Below are positions 33,883-45,369 of a DNA stretch of 64,000 nucleotides, piece after piece. Made by a program: the position numbers and the translations under genes. A model generated the notes under the pieces. That model worked only from the letters and a program-made list of their open reading frames with translations. It was not told where the DNA came from and did not search any database. This stretch comes from Amoebidium appalachense (Eukaryota; Protista; Ichthyosporea). The stretch covers positions 7,470,454 through 7,534,453 of the forward strand of contig CAVNZM010000002.1 of the NCBI GenBank assembly GCA_963693365.1, read 5' to 3'. Numbering within the stretch: the stretch's first letter is position 1; each line of letters begins with the position of its first letter.

Positions 33883-35373
33883 CGACCATGAGCCCCCGCC
33901 AGACCCTGCCCCCTCAAACAACGATCATGATCATCATCAGAGCCATCCTACTTGGTTTGTTACAAAGCTGGTTGTAAATCCCTCCCCCCCCCCCTCCCCC
34001 CTCCCCGCCCCCCCCCTCCCCCCCCCCCCCCCCCCACCCACCCACCCCCACCCCCGCCCCTCTGACCCCTGACCCCTCCGGACCCAAGGCCTGGTCACCC
34101 TCCCGATCCCCCGCCACCCCCCTTCCCCCCTTCCCCCCCCCCCCCCCCCCCCCCCCCCCTCCCTCCCCCCCCCCCCCCCTCCCCCTCCCCCCCCCCCCCT
34201 CTTCCCCTCTAGCCGGTCCGGGCTTTGCCCAAGTGTTTCCACTTTCCTCTCTGGCTTTTAACCGGTACCGGTTATAGAGTAGAAAATATTACGTACACAC
34301 GCGCATAATTCAACAATCCTCGAGCTCAGGAACTAATATTAGTTTAGCTAGAGAACGAAATCCCATGCATAGTCTACCCGGCCCACAGATTCGAATTCAT
34401 TCGTTCTTTCGTGCTACCGTCTATGTACCACTGTCATTTGAGATGTATGATTGATTATAGGCGTTCATGCTGTTTGCACCCTGGCAGCCTGGACCTAGGC
34501 CTGACGTATTACATCCTACACTGAGTACACGCGAGCACACGTGCAGATCTGAGGCTTACCCACACGCTCTCGCGAGTGCAGGTGGTTGGTTGGACAGAAT
34601 TCAGGAATGTAAAGAATTTCATTCTTACAAGTCACAAGCCACTTGAAGTTTGTACACTGAATCACTTTGGCTTTCAGCAAACGAGCCCCCATTGGTTCTT
34701 GCCAGTTCGAACAACGTTAACATATACAGCTCCATATGAAAGAAGCGAATTATTGGAAACCTCTGGCTTCCAAGAAGAACTGCCATAGAAGATACATAAC
34801 TACAATGTTTTCTTTTGGTTCGGCTTGTGACAGTGCCACGCGGGGTGTTGGTTTGCCGCACGATGGAATCCGAATGTGAAGATGTAAATTCCAGAGATGA
34901 CACATTTCGGTTCAGAGAGCAAGTTGAGCAGCATGCTTGCGACATCGACCTTCATTAGGTTCGTGGAGGTACAGGCGTAGGCCTACTAAGTGCTCGAAAA
35001 CGGAGTGAGTAGAGTAGATTTTGGGGAGATGATAGAAGCGAATAGAGATAAGATTAGAAGAGAAGGAGGGCAGGGCACGGCTCGGGGTGAGTCTGGACTC
35101 TGGAGTCAGCGTGGTCACTGGTGACAAACAAAAACATTTGGAACCATCTGATTGGCGGATCTGGTGCGTCTGTAATGATTGGATAACGTCTTTTCGCCAT
35201 TTTGATTGGTTACAAGGTCTTCACAAAACGTATATAAACAGACATCCGCTCACTTGAGCCTTCAGTCATCGCAGGCACCGCCTAGTTCTTTGTGTTCCAG
35301 CAGCAATCGACTACCAGTCATCATAGCAGCTCACGCCAACTACGGCCCAGCGAGTGCAAACACTGAAGCGACT

Positions 35374-35827
35374 ATGAAGAGCCTTACATTCACCGCGGAA
35401 GCTGAGGTTTCCAAAACATTCCACGACTCCAAAGCGGAAAGTATTGAATCGTCAGTGTGCTCTGTTGAGATTGCAGACCAGAAACAAGACAAAGACAGTA
35501 AAGTGTTGCCGTACCACGCTGGCGGGTGGAGGGCACAGTGTTGGCAGCTCAAGTTCCACTACCTGGACACGGAGAGATTTGTGACGTCACACTTCCTGCC
35601 TGCATGGGGCCTGCTGTGTGTGAGGATCGTGCTCATGTGCTACGCACTGGCAGTGATTATTACTTCTGCTGTGCTTGACTTCGACCATGGCCTTTGGGTA
35701 GGTTACTCCAAACGTGTATTGGCATGGTTTTTGTCTTCAATACTCTCTCTCTCCCCCCCCCCCCCCCCCCCCCCCTCCCTCCCCCTCTTTTTTTTTTTTT
35801 TTTTTTTTTTTTGGGGGGGGGGGGGGG

Positions 35828-35866
<39 letters not shown>

Positions 35867-37616
35867 GGGGGGGGGGGGGGGGGGGGGGGGGGCACAAAAC
35901 ACCCGTAATTTCTCTTCACTGGCTAGATATATGTGTATAGGTAGGTTTATTGCATCTAAATCTCTTTGCATCTTTTGTTGTTTTTCACACCGTGAGTGAA
36001 GCCTTTCTGATGGCGCGCACATACCCGTTGCAGCTCCGCTACTGCACGCAGCTGACGTACATCGGAATGACCATCTACCTCATCCAGGCTGTAGTCCACA
36101 CAGGTACGTGCCCATCATTTTCCCTCCGCTAGTGCTGGTGTGCTAATTAATACCATTTAGTAGGCATCAATTGCAAATGGTGATTGGCAATATTAATAAC
36201 ACAAATATCATTGGCATGACATGGTACATGTACATACATATGTCAGAAGCCTTCATCGAATCCCTTCTCTGTGTAGTACCCCCTCTCCAACCCCCCCCCC
36301 CCCCCCTCCCCCCCCCCCCGGGGCCCCTCCTCCCCCCTCTACCCCTCCGGATCCGGCCTCTTCTTGTTCTCGCCACTATATCTATTGCTTCTACCAATTG
36401 ACGCACATCCCCTGGCCATGGGTATAATAGCTAGTGCCTCAATCTGAATTCAACCTCGGACTTATGTATGTAATCCTATGTATACGTAGCCTCATAATTT
36501 GGTCTGTTTGGTTAAACGGTTAAAGAGACTGATGGAAATATTGATAAACAAAACTTAGTACCTCATGTATAGGTGGTCCCTAATGGCATGTCCTATTTCC
36601 TACAGCTTTCTATGTCCGGCAAGGGAGTGAGGGCAAGCCACACAGTTTCGAGTCGCAGCCGCGGTGGATCAACCTTGCATACTGGATCTTGTACGAGGCC
36701 ATGTTCACGTTTAAGATCATCGTACCACTCCTGTTTTGGACCTGCCTGAGGTCCTGGGCACGTAAGTGTACCCCCTTACATACATCAGGTCTTAACGACA
36801 TGTAGTTACATGTACATACTTGTAGAAAAATGGCGTTATTCAGTAAATTATTTGCAGACTGAGTTACATGTTATCATTATGATACGTATTTAAGGCCAAC
36901 TGCAAGTGATGATGACTTGCTTCAGAAAACAAGTGCGGCTTTCAATAAGCTCTATCCGATTCGGAAAGAAGTTACCTTTTATATAATTGTAGTGACTTAT
37001 AACGTTACCAAACTGTGAAAACCATTTCGTGGCATGTACACTGTCAGTAGTATAACATACCGCTCGTTAAGTGGCATAACCTCCCTGCCCCTGACATACA
37101 CTAGTCATCATTCGGAAGGGTGCAAACTTTGCACGTGCACGTGTTTGGGGCACTTACACACGTTCTGCAGTTAATATCAAACACTAACTGTGCCGTTCTC
37201 CCCCCATCCCCCCCCCCCCCCCCCCCCCCTCCTTCCCTCCTTCCACAATGCCCCAAACAGCTGCCTGGAGCGAGAGCCTGCGAGCATGGACCAACCTCAG
37301 CCTGCACGGCATGGATTGTGTGGTGATGCTGATTGAATTTTCGTGCAACCGCCAGATTTTTGCTTTCGGCCACATCTACTTTTTCGTTGCCTTTGTGCTC
37401 GGCTACTTCGTGTACTCGTGGATTTTCTACTTCACAGGGTTCGGATGGACCTACTGGTTCCTGGACATTACCACCCCGGATGCCTGGCTCTGCTACCCCA
37501 CCCTGATTATTAGCGCTTGCCTTATTTGGACAGCATCCTTTTTTGTCCACGTGGGCAGAGAAAAACTTTTTGCGCGGCTCAGTAAGGTTAACCAGAGTGC
37601 AATGCAATTACTTTGA
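35374..37616 (+). CDS. Rolling-stone / FAR-17a-AIG1-ADTRP-like membrane protein, paralog 3 (301 aa, 4 exons)
   Basis: Exons 35374-35697, 36034-36103, 36606-36761 and 37261-37616 total 906 nt, with the same intron positions as paralog 1. Upstream ATTGG boxes and TATATAAA near 35231. Confidence 0.88.
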
Positions 37617-38556
37617 AAGCTAATTATTAGCTACATATGACGCCCTAGGCATATAAAGCATGCTTTTGTAAACAGTGTGCCTGGTGGTATTTCCGGAACT
37701 TAATACTTGAAAGTTCTATCGGGTGTATACAGCGCAGCATGACGTTCTAGTAATCCGCTTCCTAGAAGCTCATAGAATACCTCACGGTATGATTGTTTGT
37801 ATGCATATGTTCTGTTAGAAATACACAAGTCATTTGTGAAACTTTGAAAGTCGAAAGTGTAACTGCTTTGTAAGCAGAAAGCCTTGCCCACTAAACAGGG
37901 AAGGAGATGGCTGAGGTATCATAGAAGACTTGCTGTCTGCTACCCAAAATAAAAAGAGAAAAATTACCTGAAATCCGAAACCGGATGATTTTACGGATTC
38001 CGTACGCCCCCCTCCTTCCCCCCCCCCCCCCCCCCCCTCCTCCCCTTCTCCTCCTTCGATCTCCTCCCTCTCCTTCCCACACAAAACCACACACATACAC
38101 AAGCACGCACGGATGGGGAGACAACCACACACAGTGTTGACACGGTCGTGTACATTAACGTGCACAGCGTGCCTTTCCCCCACAACCAGTCTACGTGCCT
38201 CTGTGTCTTCTCGGCAGAGGCTGGAATAGTGCCTCGGAAGCAGCTACCAATAGGCTGCATCACTTTTAGCTGTATTCCTTACTAGTTCAATTGCTCTGAA
38301 CCTTTAATTATGAAGTTAGGAGCGATGCAAAGAACGTGAACACTTGGCCAGCATGTATACTAAGCTGTATGTTAGGTGTGCGACACACACTGTGTGCTGC
38401 GGGCACTTTATTGGGCACTAGACACACACGTGTAGCACTGAGATAACGTGAAGCTACAAATGGTTATGATCACCCAGGAGAAGCTCGTGTATGTAGTCAT
38501 GTGAATGTCATGTACTTTATTATCATGTATGCATAATGCGGACACATGTCTATTGG

Positions 38557-38718
38557 CTGGCACCTTGTAAACTTTGTGAGTGAGCAGTTCTACCCGGGCC
38601 GGTTGAAACAAGGGAAGATATAGGCTGATGCATTCCAGACCTGGACGGGGCTGTGTGTCCGCGTAAACGTTACACTTAGTCTAGTCGTGTGGTGTCAGAC
38701 TAGCTGTAGCCCGCGCTC
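38557..38718 (+). ncRNA. Candidate pseudoknotted ncRNA, diverged member (C) of the 28.9/57.0 kb family
   Basis: CATTCCAGACC (38631) is followed by pseudoknot GGAC/GTCC plus GTGT/ACAC, then GGTGTCAG-ACTA, which pairs with CTGGCACC (38557). GAGC..CTAC/GTAG..GCTC cross that helix, as in copies A and B. Confidence 0.45.
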
Positions 38719-38886
38719 TGGTGCCTCGGTATTTGCGTGATCCCCCTAGCCTCCATATGTTAACTAGAGCTTAGCATGAGTGTGCACACACCCAGTTTTT
38801 AACAGTACTTGACGCACAGACTGTCACACAAACACAAACACATGCCCGATGCTGGCAGAGAAACACACACGTACACACACAGGCAT

Positions 38887-39030
<144 letters not shown>

Positions 39031-39046
39031 GCGCGCGCGCTGGTGG

Positions 39047-39115
<69 letters not shown>

Positions 39116-40005
39116 CTGTTACAACACACACAACATGCTGGTGGACGGAAGGAACATCGAGATAACATTGTCGAAGTTGCAATGCCTGCTTCAACAGAAA
39201 GCAAGCTACTATTGCTACTATAACACTAATACGTACTGTCTACTAAGCCTGAGCTGCACAAAAATCATCCGCCCAATACTACTGGCATTGCTTTTGTGTG
39301 CGGGGAATATTATTTATTTAAATTCTTGCACCTATATGGCCGGAGTAGAGAGAGAGGGAAGTAGCCTAAGGTTGCGGACCGCAAATCTCGGTTTCCAGGG
39401 AGCGCTGGTTCCAGGTAATCTCTAGTCTCCAAGGCTATGTACCCACTGGCTTACGTAAGTGGCCGGGCACTACTACGCCGCGGGACGTCTCCGGTTGGTT
39501 CTATACGCTTGGTTATCCCCTAGATCCAATAGGAATGCTGCATTTTCTGTTGGGCAATAGGAATGTTTCGCTAAATTGTTGTTGGGCAATAGCAACGCTT
39601 CCTTAATTCTCATAAATTATTATTGCGACTTTGAACCAATCATATGCTGTAAATTTATATGTTTGTGCGCAATCAGACAGTATGTGTAATATGTGTGGGG
39701 GGCGGTTTACTCGCGGATGCATATCTATCAATAAGTGTGACCTGTTAGCTAATGTGGTAGAACCGGAGGTTATGGGCGGCTTTATTCTCTTTTCTACTTC
39801 TCTCCCCCACGGTATATCCGTTATAAAATGACCGTGTTAGATCACCTTATTAATGCTGCACAGTATGATATTGTGATACGGTGTCCTAACTTTCTCTCGG
39901 AGCTACCAATACTAGCTTCTGCAGGTTTTGGAGTGTCGGGAAGGCCTGCTGCTCCCTACTAGTAGGGGGTGGGGGGTATGGCTCTCATTGATTAACTGGC
40001 AATGA

Positions 40006-40058
<53 letters not shown>

Positions 40059-40420
40059 AAAAAAACCACCTCTTCACCTCAACAACAAACCTATCCCCCT
40101 CCTCCCCTCCCCATCTCCCCCCTCCCCCCTCCCCCTCCCCCCTTTAAGAAATAAAAATAAAAACAAAGCCCCCTCCCCCCCCCCCCCCCCAAAAAAAAAA
40201 CTACCCCTCTACCTCAACAGCAAGCCTATACCCCCCCACCTTCTCCCTCCCCCCCCCCCCTCCTCCTCCCCCTCCCCCCCCCCTCCCCCCCCCCCAAAAA
40301 AAAAAAAAAAAAAATTAGGAAAAAAAAAGAACCTTACCCCTCCACCTCAACAACAAATCCGTACCCCCCCTCCCCCCCCCCCCCCCCCCCCCCCCCCGGC
40401 GCACTCACGTAACTTGTGTC

Positions 40421-40772
40421 GGGAATATCACTCTGCTTTTTAATCACTCTGCTTTTAGCAGAATCACTCTGCCTTTAGCGGAATTACTCCGCAAGAACAG
40501 AATTATTCTGCTTTCGCCAGCAGAATAATTCTGCTTTTGCGGAATTATTCTGCTTTTAGCGGAATAATTCTGCTTTTAGCGGATTGATTCTGCTTTTAGC
40601 AGGTTGATTCTAATTTTAGCAGATCGGTTCTGCTTATGCAGGATAATTCTGCTTATAGCAGATTGATTCTGCTTTTGCAGAATAATTCTGCTTTTGCTGA
40701 ATAATTCTGCTTGTGGCAGAATAATTCTGCTTTTTACGGAATAAATCTGCTTTTTGCAGAAAAGTTCTGCTC
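40421..40772. repeat. Minisatellite of ~20-bp palindromic units (GCAGAATAATTCTGCTTTTA), about 17 copies
   Basis: Direct inspection; no unique spacers between units. Confidence 0.9.
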
Positions 40773-40883
40773 GGAGCAAGTTGACTCAGCCAATGTGGTT
40801 GGGCCCTCCAGAAAGCATTCAAGGCACAGAGCTGCTCAGCGGTGGGTCACCGTGTTTATCAACACTACACCCTGAGGCGGTAG

Positions 40884-40916
<33 letters not shown>

Positions 40917-41072
40917 GGGGAGGGGGGAGGGAGGTGGGAGGGAGGGAGGGAGGGAGGATGGATAAGGAGGTTACTGTGACGATGCATCCGAAGTTCCTCG
41001 TTTGAAAGACTTGCAGGTGGTTACAGATCCACAGGAAAACGTGCTTTCACATCGCTGCTTCCGAATTGCTCC

Positions 41073-41255
<183 letters not shown>

Positions 41256-41257
41256 CG

Positions 41258-41371
<114 letters not shown>

Positions 41372-41680
41372 TTCTCTCTCTCTCTCTGTCTCTCTCTCTC
41401 TCCACCGCCCTCCCCCCCTATCTCTCTTCATCTCCTCTCTCCCGTTCCCTCTCTCTCTTTCCTTCTTCCATCCCTGCCTCCCTTCCTCTCTCCCTCTCTC
41501 CCTCTCTCCCTCCCTCGCTCCCTCCCTCAGTCCCTCTCCCCCTTCCTCCCTCCCGCCTCCCCTGTCCGTCCCTCCCTCCCTCTCTCCCTGAGGCTCCCTC
41601 CCTCCCTCCCTCCCTCCCTCCCTCCCTCCCTCACTTCCCTCCCTCCCTCCCTCCCTCCCTCCCTCCCTCCCTTTCTGTCT

Positions 41681-41821
<141 letters not shown>

Positions 41822-42574
41822 TTGTACGGGTCTAAGGGAGCAGAGTGCACAGAGGTGTCATGTAAAACACGACTAACACATTAATGAGAGGGCAATCGGA
41901 GTTGTTCACGAGACATTGAAAGATTCAAACAACAACTGATTCTTTATTGTGCTCTCGGTTCCTTTTGTACTTGCAACTTATCACCTTATCACAACTAAAG
42001 AGGGAGAACCAATCGGTTCTATCAGAAGATAGAAAAACACATTCCGACAGAGCATACGCATTCCAACTTCCAATTAAACTAAAGTTTAGAAACTCTTACT
42101 TAAATAAATTAAGTAATTATACATCTAGTCACTATTAACTCACATATATATTTATGTTCGTCTCTATAAAGAAACTTATTTAAATACATATATTTCCTAA
42201 TAGTCGACACTCTCAAAGTGAAGACACTTTGCAATAAACCGAATTCCATATATATCTATTGTCCAATCACAACACACATATATTAATAGACAGGAATGCA
42301 CAACACGATCTACAGATGTACTCGCTCGCGACTATTGGAGAGCCATCCTTTTGAGAACAAAACTAAGCCATTTTGAAATAAAGGAAAGACAACGAGTGTA
42401 GCTAGCCAATCACGCTATCTCTCAGATAAACAGAGGAGAGCAAACAGAAATAAAATACAATAAGTTCTTATCAGGCAAGAGAGCCAGGTGTGCACAGATC
42501 TACAGATATCTGTGCCCACAGAAACAAGGGAGAGAGAGATAGGGGGGGCGGGGGGGGGGGGGGGGGGGGGGGGG

Positions 42575-42628
<54 letters not shown>

Positions 42629-42748
42629 AGAAAGAGCACAAAGAAGGAAAGCAGACACGAATACAAACAAAGCTAAGACACATACATACTTCAAGGCTCT
42701 TGCTGTCATACATGGTGACGTATTCCAACACACACACACACACACACA

Positions 42749-42880
<132 letters not shown>

Positions 42881-43713
42881 ATATCTCTCTTTCTCTCTCT
42901 CTCTCTCTCCCCCTCCCCACCTCTCTCTATCTATCTCTCTACTTTATCTCCCCTTATTGCTCTCCCCCTCCTTTATCTTTCTCTCTAGATCTTTTCTCTA
43001 TCCCTACGCTCCGTCCAGCAGGCCCCCCACCCTCCTATCTCTCCACGAGCCTCTCTGTAGCATCATGTGATCATATATAAAAATCGAAAAAGTATGTATG
43101 GACCAATTATTTTCACGCGATCGCACGATCAGCCAAATACAGAAATGATGGCGGGAAGTTTTTGCGCGCCAAAAAAAAAGCTTTTATAAAACAATAAAAA
43201 ATAGGAATATACGTATATAAATATATTAATGATGATATATATATTAGAGTGTAATTATGTCTGTGTGTGGCACCAGTGTTTGTCGTGAGTTCGCGAGTGC
43301 GTGCGTGTGTTTGTGCATGAGCGTGTGTGTTCGTGTGTGTGTGCGCGCGTGTGTGCGTGCGTACGTGCGTCTCTCTCTCTTTCCCCTCCGCTGCTTACCT
43401 CCCGCCCCCCTCCTCCCACACTCCGCCCCCCCTCCCCCCCCCCCCCCCCCTCCGCCCTTTTCCCCACCCGCGCTTTCTCTATCCGCACTAGTACTCCTCC
43501 CCTGAAAATGTACATACAAGTGCACACAAACACTAACCCCCCCCCCCCCCCCTACCCCCTTCCCTCTACCACACACACCTTTCGTCTCTCCACCTCCCCC
43601 TTCCTTCCTCCTCTTCGAATTCCCGCCCTTGCGGGACGTCTGACTAACTTATTGTGCCATCTTTATGCACGCATTGTAGGTAGTTACTCTACTAATTAAT
43701 CGTGGTAAACGAA

Positions 43714-43898
43714 AGCAGCGCTGCTAGCCATATAGTTCACCAATTATCAAGGGAGGACACGTGCAAGCCTGTGGGATCTTTCGGCCTGCATATGCGGCTC
43801 TCGCAGCCGGAAAAAACATCGAGAAAAGGTGTCTAAGCCAATGCCCGCTTTCACCAATACCAACTGAGCTACCACTGTCCTCACTGTGCAGCGCTGTT
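43714..43898 (+). ncRNA. Candidate structured non-coding element (D)
   Basis: 11-bp closing stem AGCAGCGCTGC/GCAGCGCTGTT; GAGGACA/TGTCCTC (43753/43876); pseudoknot CGGCT/AGCCG plus CTCG/CGAG (43795-43823). Confidence 0.35.
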
Positions 43899-44205
43899 GC
43901 TGCATAAAAACTAGGATAATCTTACAATGTTAGAGACTTGATTTGTGTCTGAGAAAAACGACATAATTACAACGCGTGTACCTTTTATATGCTTGGGTAG
44001 AGAGAATAGTGATGCTAGAAAAGTTCGAACGCGACACGCAGGTCTCCGGCTCTCGACATCAGACTCTGCTGGTTCGCGTTGGTTGCAGAAAATCTCAGCG
44101 AATTGGTCCGCGATCTTCTTCTGATTCGTTGATTGTGGAACGTGAAAGATCTAGGCTGAGCCGCAAAGCCATATGTTGCCAATAAGATCTCCAGATCAAA
44201 AACCG

Positions 44206-44295
44206 GATTGGCTAATGATCTATTTCTCAAGCCAATCATTAATTATATCTTTCCGATTGGTCGACCCTAGATCCTTGTGCGGGTGAGTATAAAAA
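44206..44295 (+). promoter_or_regulatory. CCAAT boxes and TATA box of the nucleoside transporter gene
   Basis: GATTGG (44206), GCCAATC (44231), GATTGG (44254) and TATAAAAA (44288-44295), ~110 bp upstream of the ATG at 44405. Confidence 0.6.
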
Positions 44296-44694
44296 CGTCG
44301 TGCAGGACACATTCAGTTCACTGCCTTCGTGCATGTGTAGCTACAACTACAAATATTGATCAACTAATTTAGTGAGCGCTTTAAAGCACAGTACAAACGA
44401 AAAAATGTCTGGCGACGACGCGCTTAGGGTCAACATAGATATGGAGACCAAAGCAAAGTTAGAAACCAACATGGAAACCGTTGACGACCATGCCCTCCCC
44501 GTATCGGAGGATGAAACTAGCGAGAAAGGCAAAAAGAACACTTGGTGGGACAACAACAAGGGCAAGGTTTGGCTGGGAACTAAGATCACCCTGTGGGCTA
44601 CCTTTGCCGCCTACTTCATTGCCGCGTGTGCTCTGGACTTCCAGCGTGCGATTCCCCTTGTCGGCATCACTGCCTTTGTTGCCTCCTGCGTGCT

Positions 44695-45304
44695 TGTAAA
44701 CAGTTGAACTAGTTGGGATAAGGCAGAGAACAACTGAATGAGAATAAAGACAGAGAACGGGTAGTAAGGCACACGCGGCCAGGTTACTATTTAATGTGCT
44801 CGTTCAGAGTGATCCCCCGTACTGGGACGGCTTGTTTATATAGCCCCCAGGTTCCGGATCATCTGGATGGGTGGCATTGATGCCTTCGTGACTTCTGACC
44901 AGTCAGAAGAGTGCGGTCGTCTTTATGTGCACACAGTGCACCAATAACATGAAGCTAACTAAAAGGATAACTTTGTGGCAAATGATTGGTCAATACTTAA
45001 GCCCGTTTAGGTTTATGCAACTGGGTCTGATTTCCTTATTGGTTCCGTTCGTTTAGCTATAGATGTCGCCTCCGTAGTGGATGAGACTTGCATTCCTATC
45101 CTAGCGGTTCTCGAATTCTATTGGTTCATACTGACTGCACGGCCACTGCATATTGCCGGCGCCGCGGCTCAGTCGTGAGCCGCAGCCCGCGGCTGTCGCG
45201 TGTGATATTGATCTGATCATATGTACACAATATCTACGTGATCACTATGATATGTACAGTATATTCGTAATAGTAAACATGTACGGCGTGTACAGATGTT
45301 TACA
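44695..45304 (-). repeat. Gypsy 3' LTR
   Basis: Matches 52325-52934; only one mismatch seen (44740 G vs 52370 C). Confidence 0.96.
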
Positions 45305-45317
45305 CTCCCCCCCTTCT
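45305..45317 (-). promoter_or_regulatory. Polypurine tract
   Basis: AGAAGGGGGGGAG abuts the 3' LTR on the minus strand. Confidence 0.9.
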
Positions 45318-45369
45318 CGGGAGCCTGGTGGTATGGTCTGGAGACGGTAAACCACCAGGCTGAGGGAAG

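Noticed and set aside
34460-34612. Another member of the structured RNA family
   Set aside because: Some helices are present (TTACAT/ATGTAA, CGCGAG/CTCGCG), but I could not place the core pseudoknot or the conserved blocks.
40421-40772. CRISPR array
   Set aside because: The units are palindromic but have no unique spacers; there are no cas genes and the context is eukaryotic.
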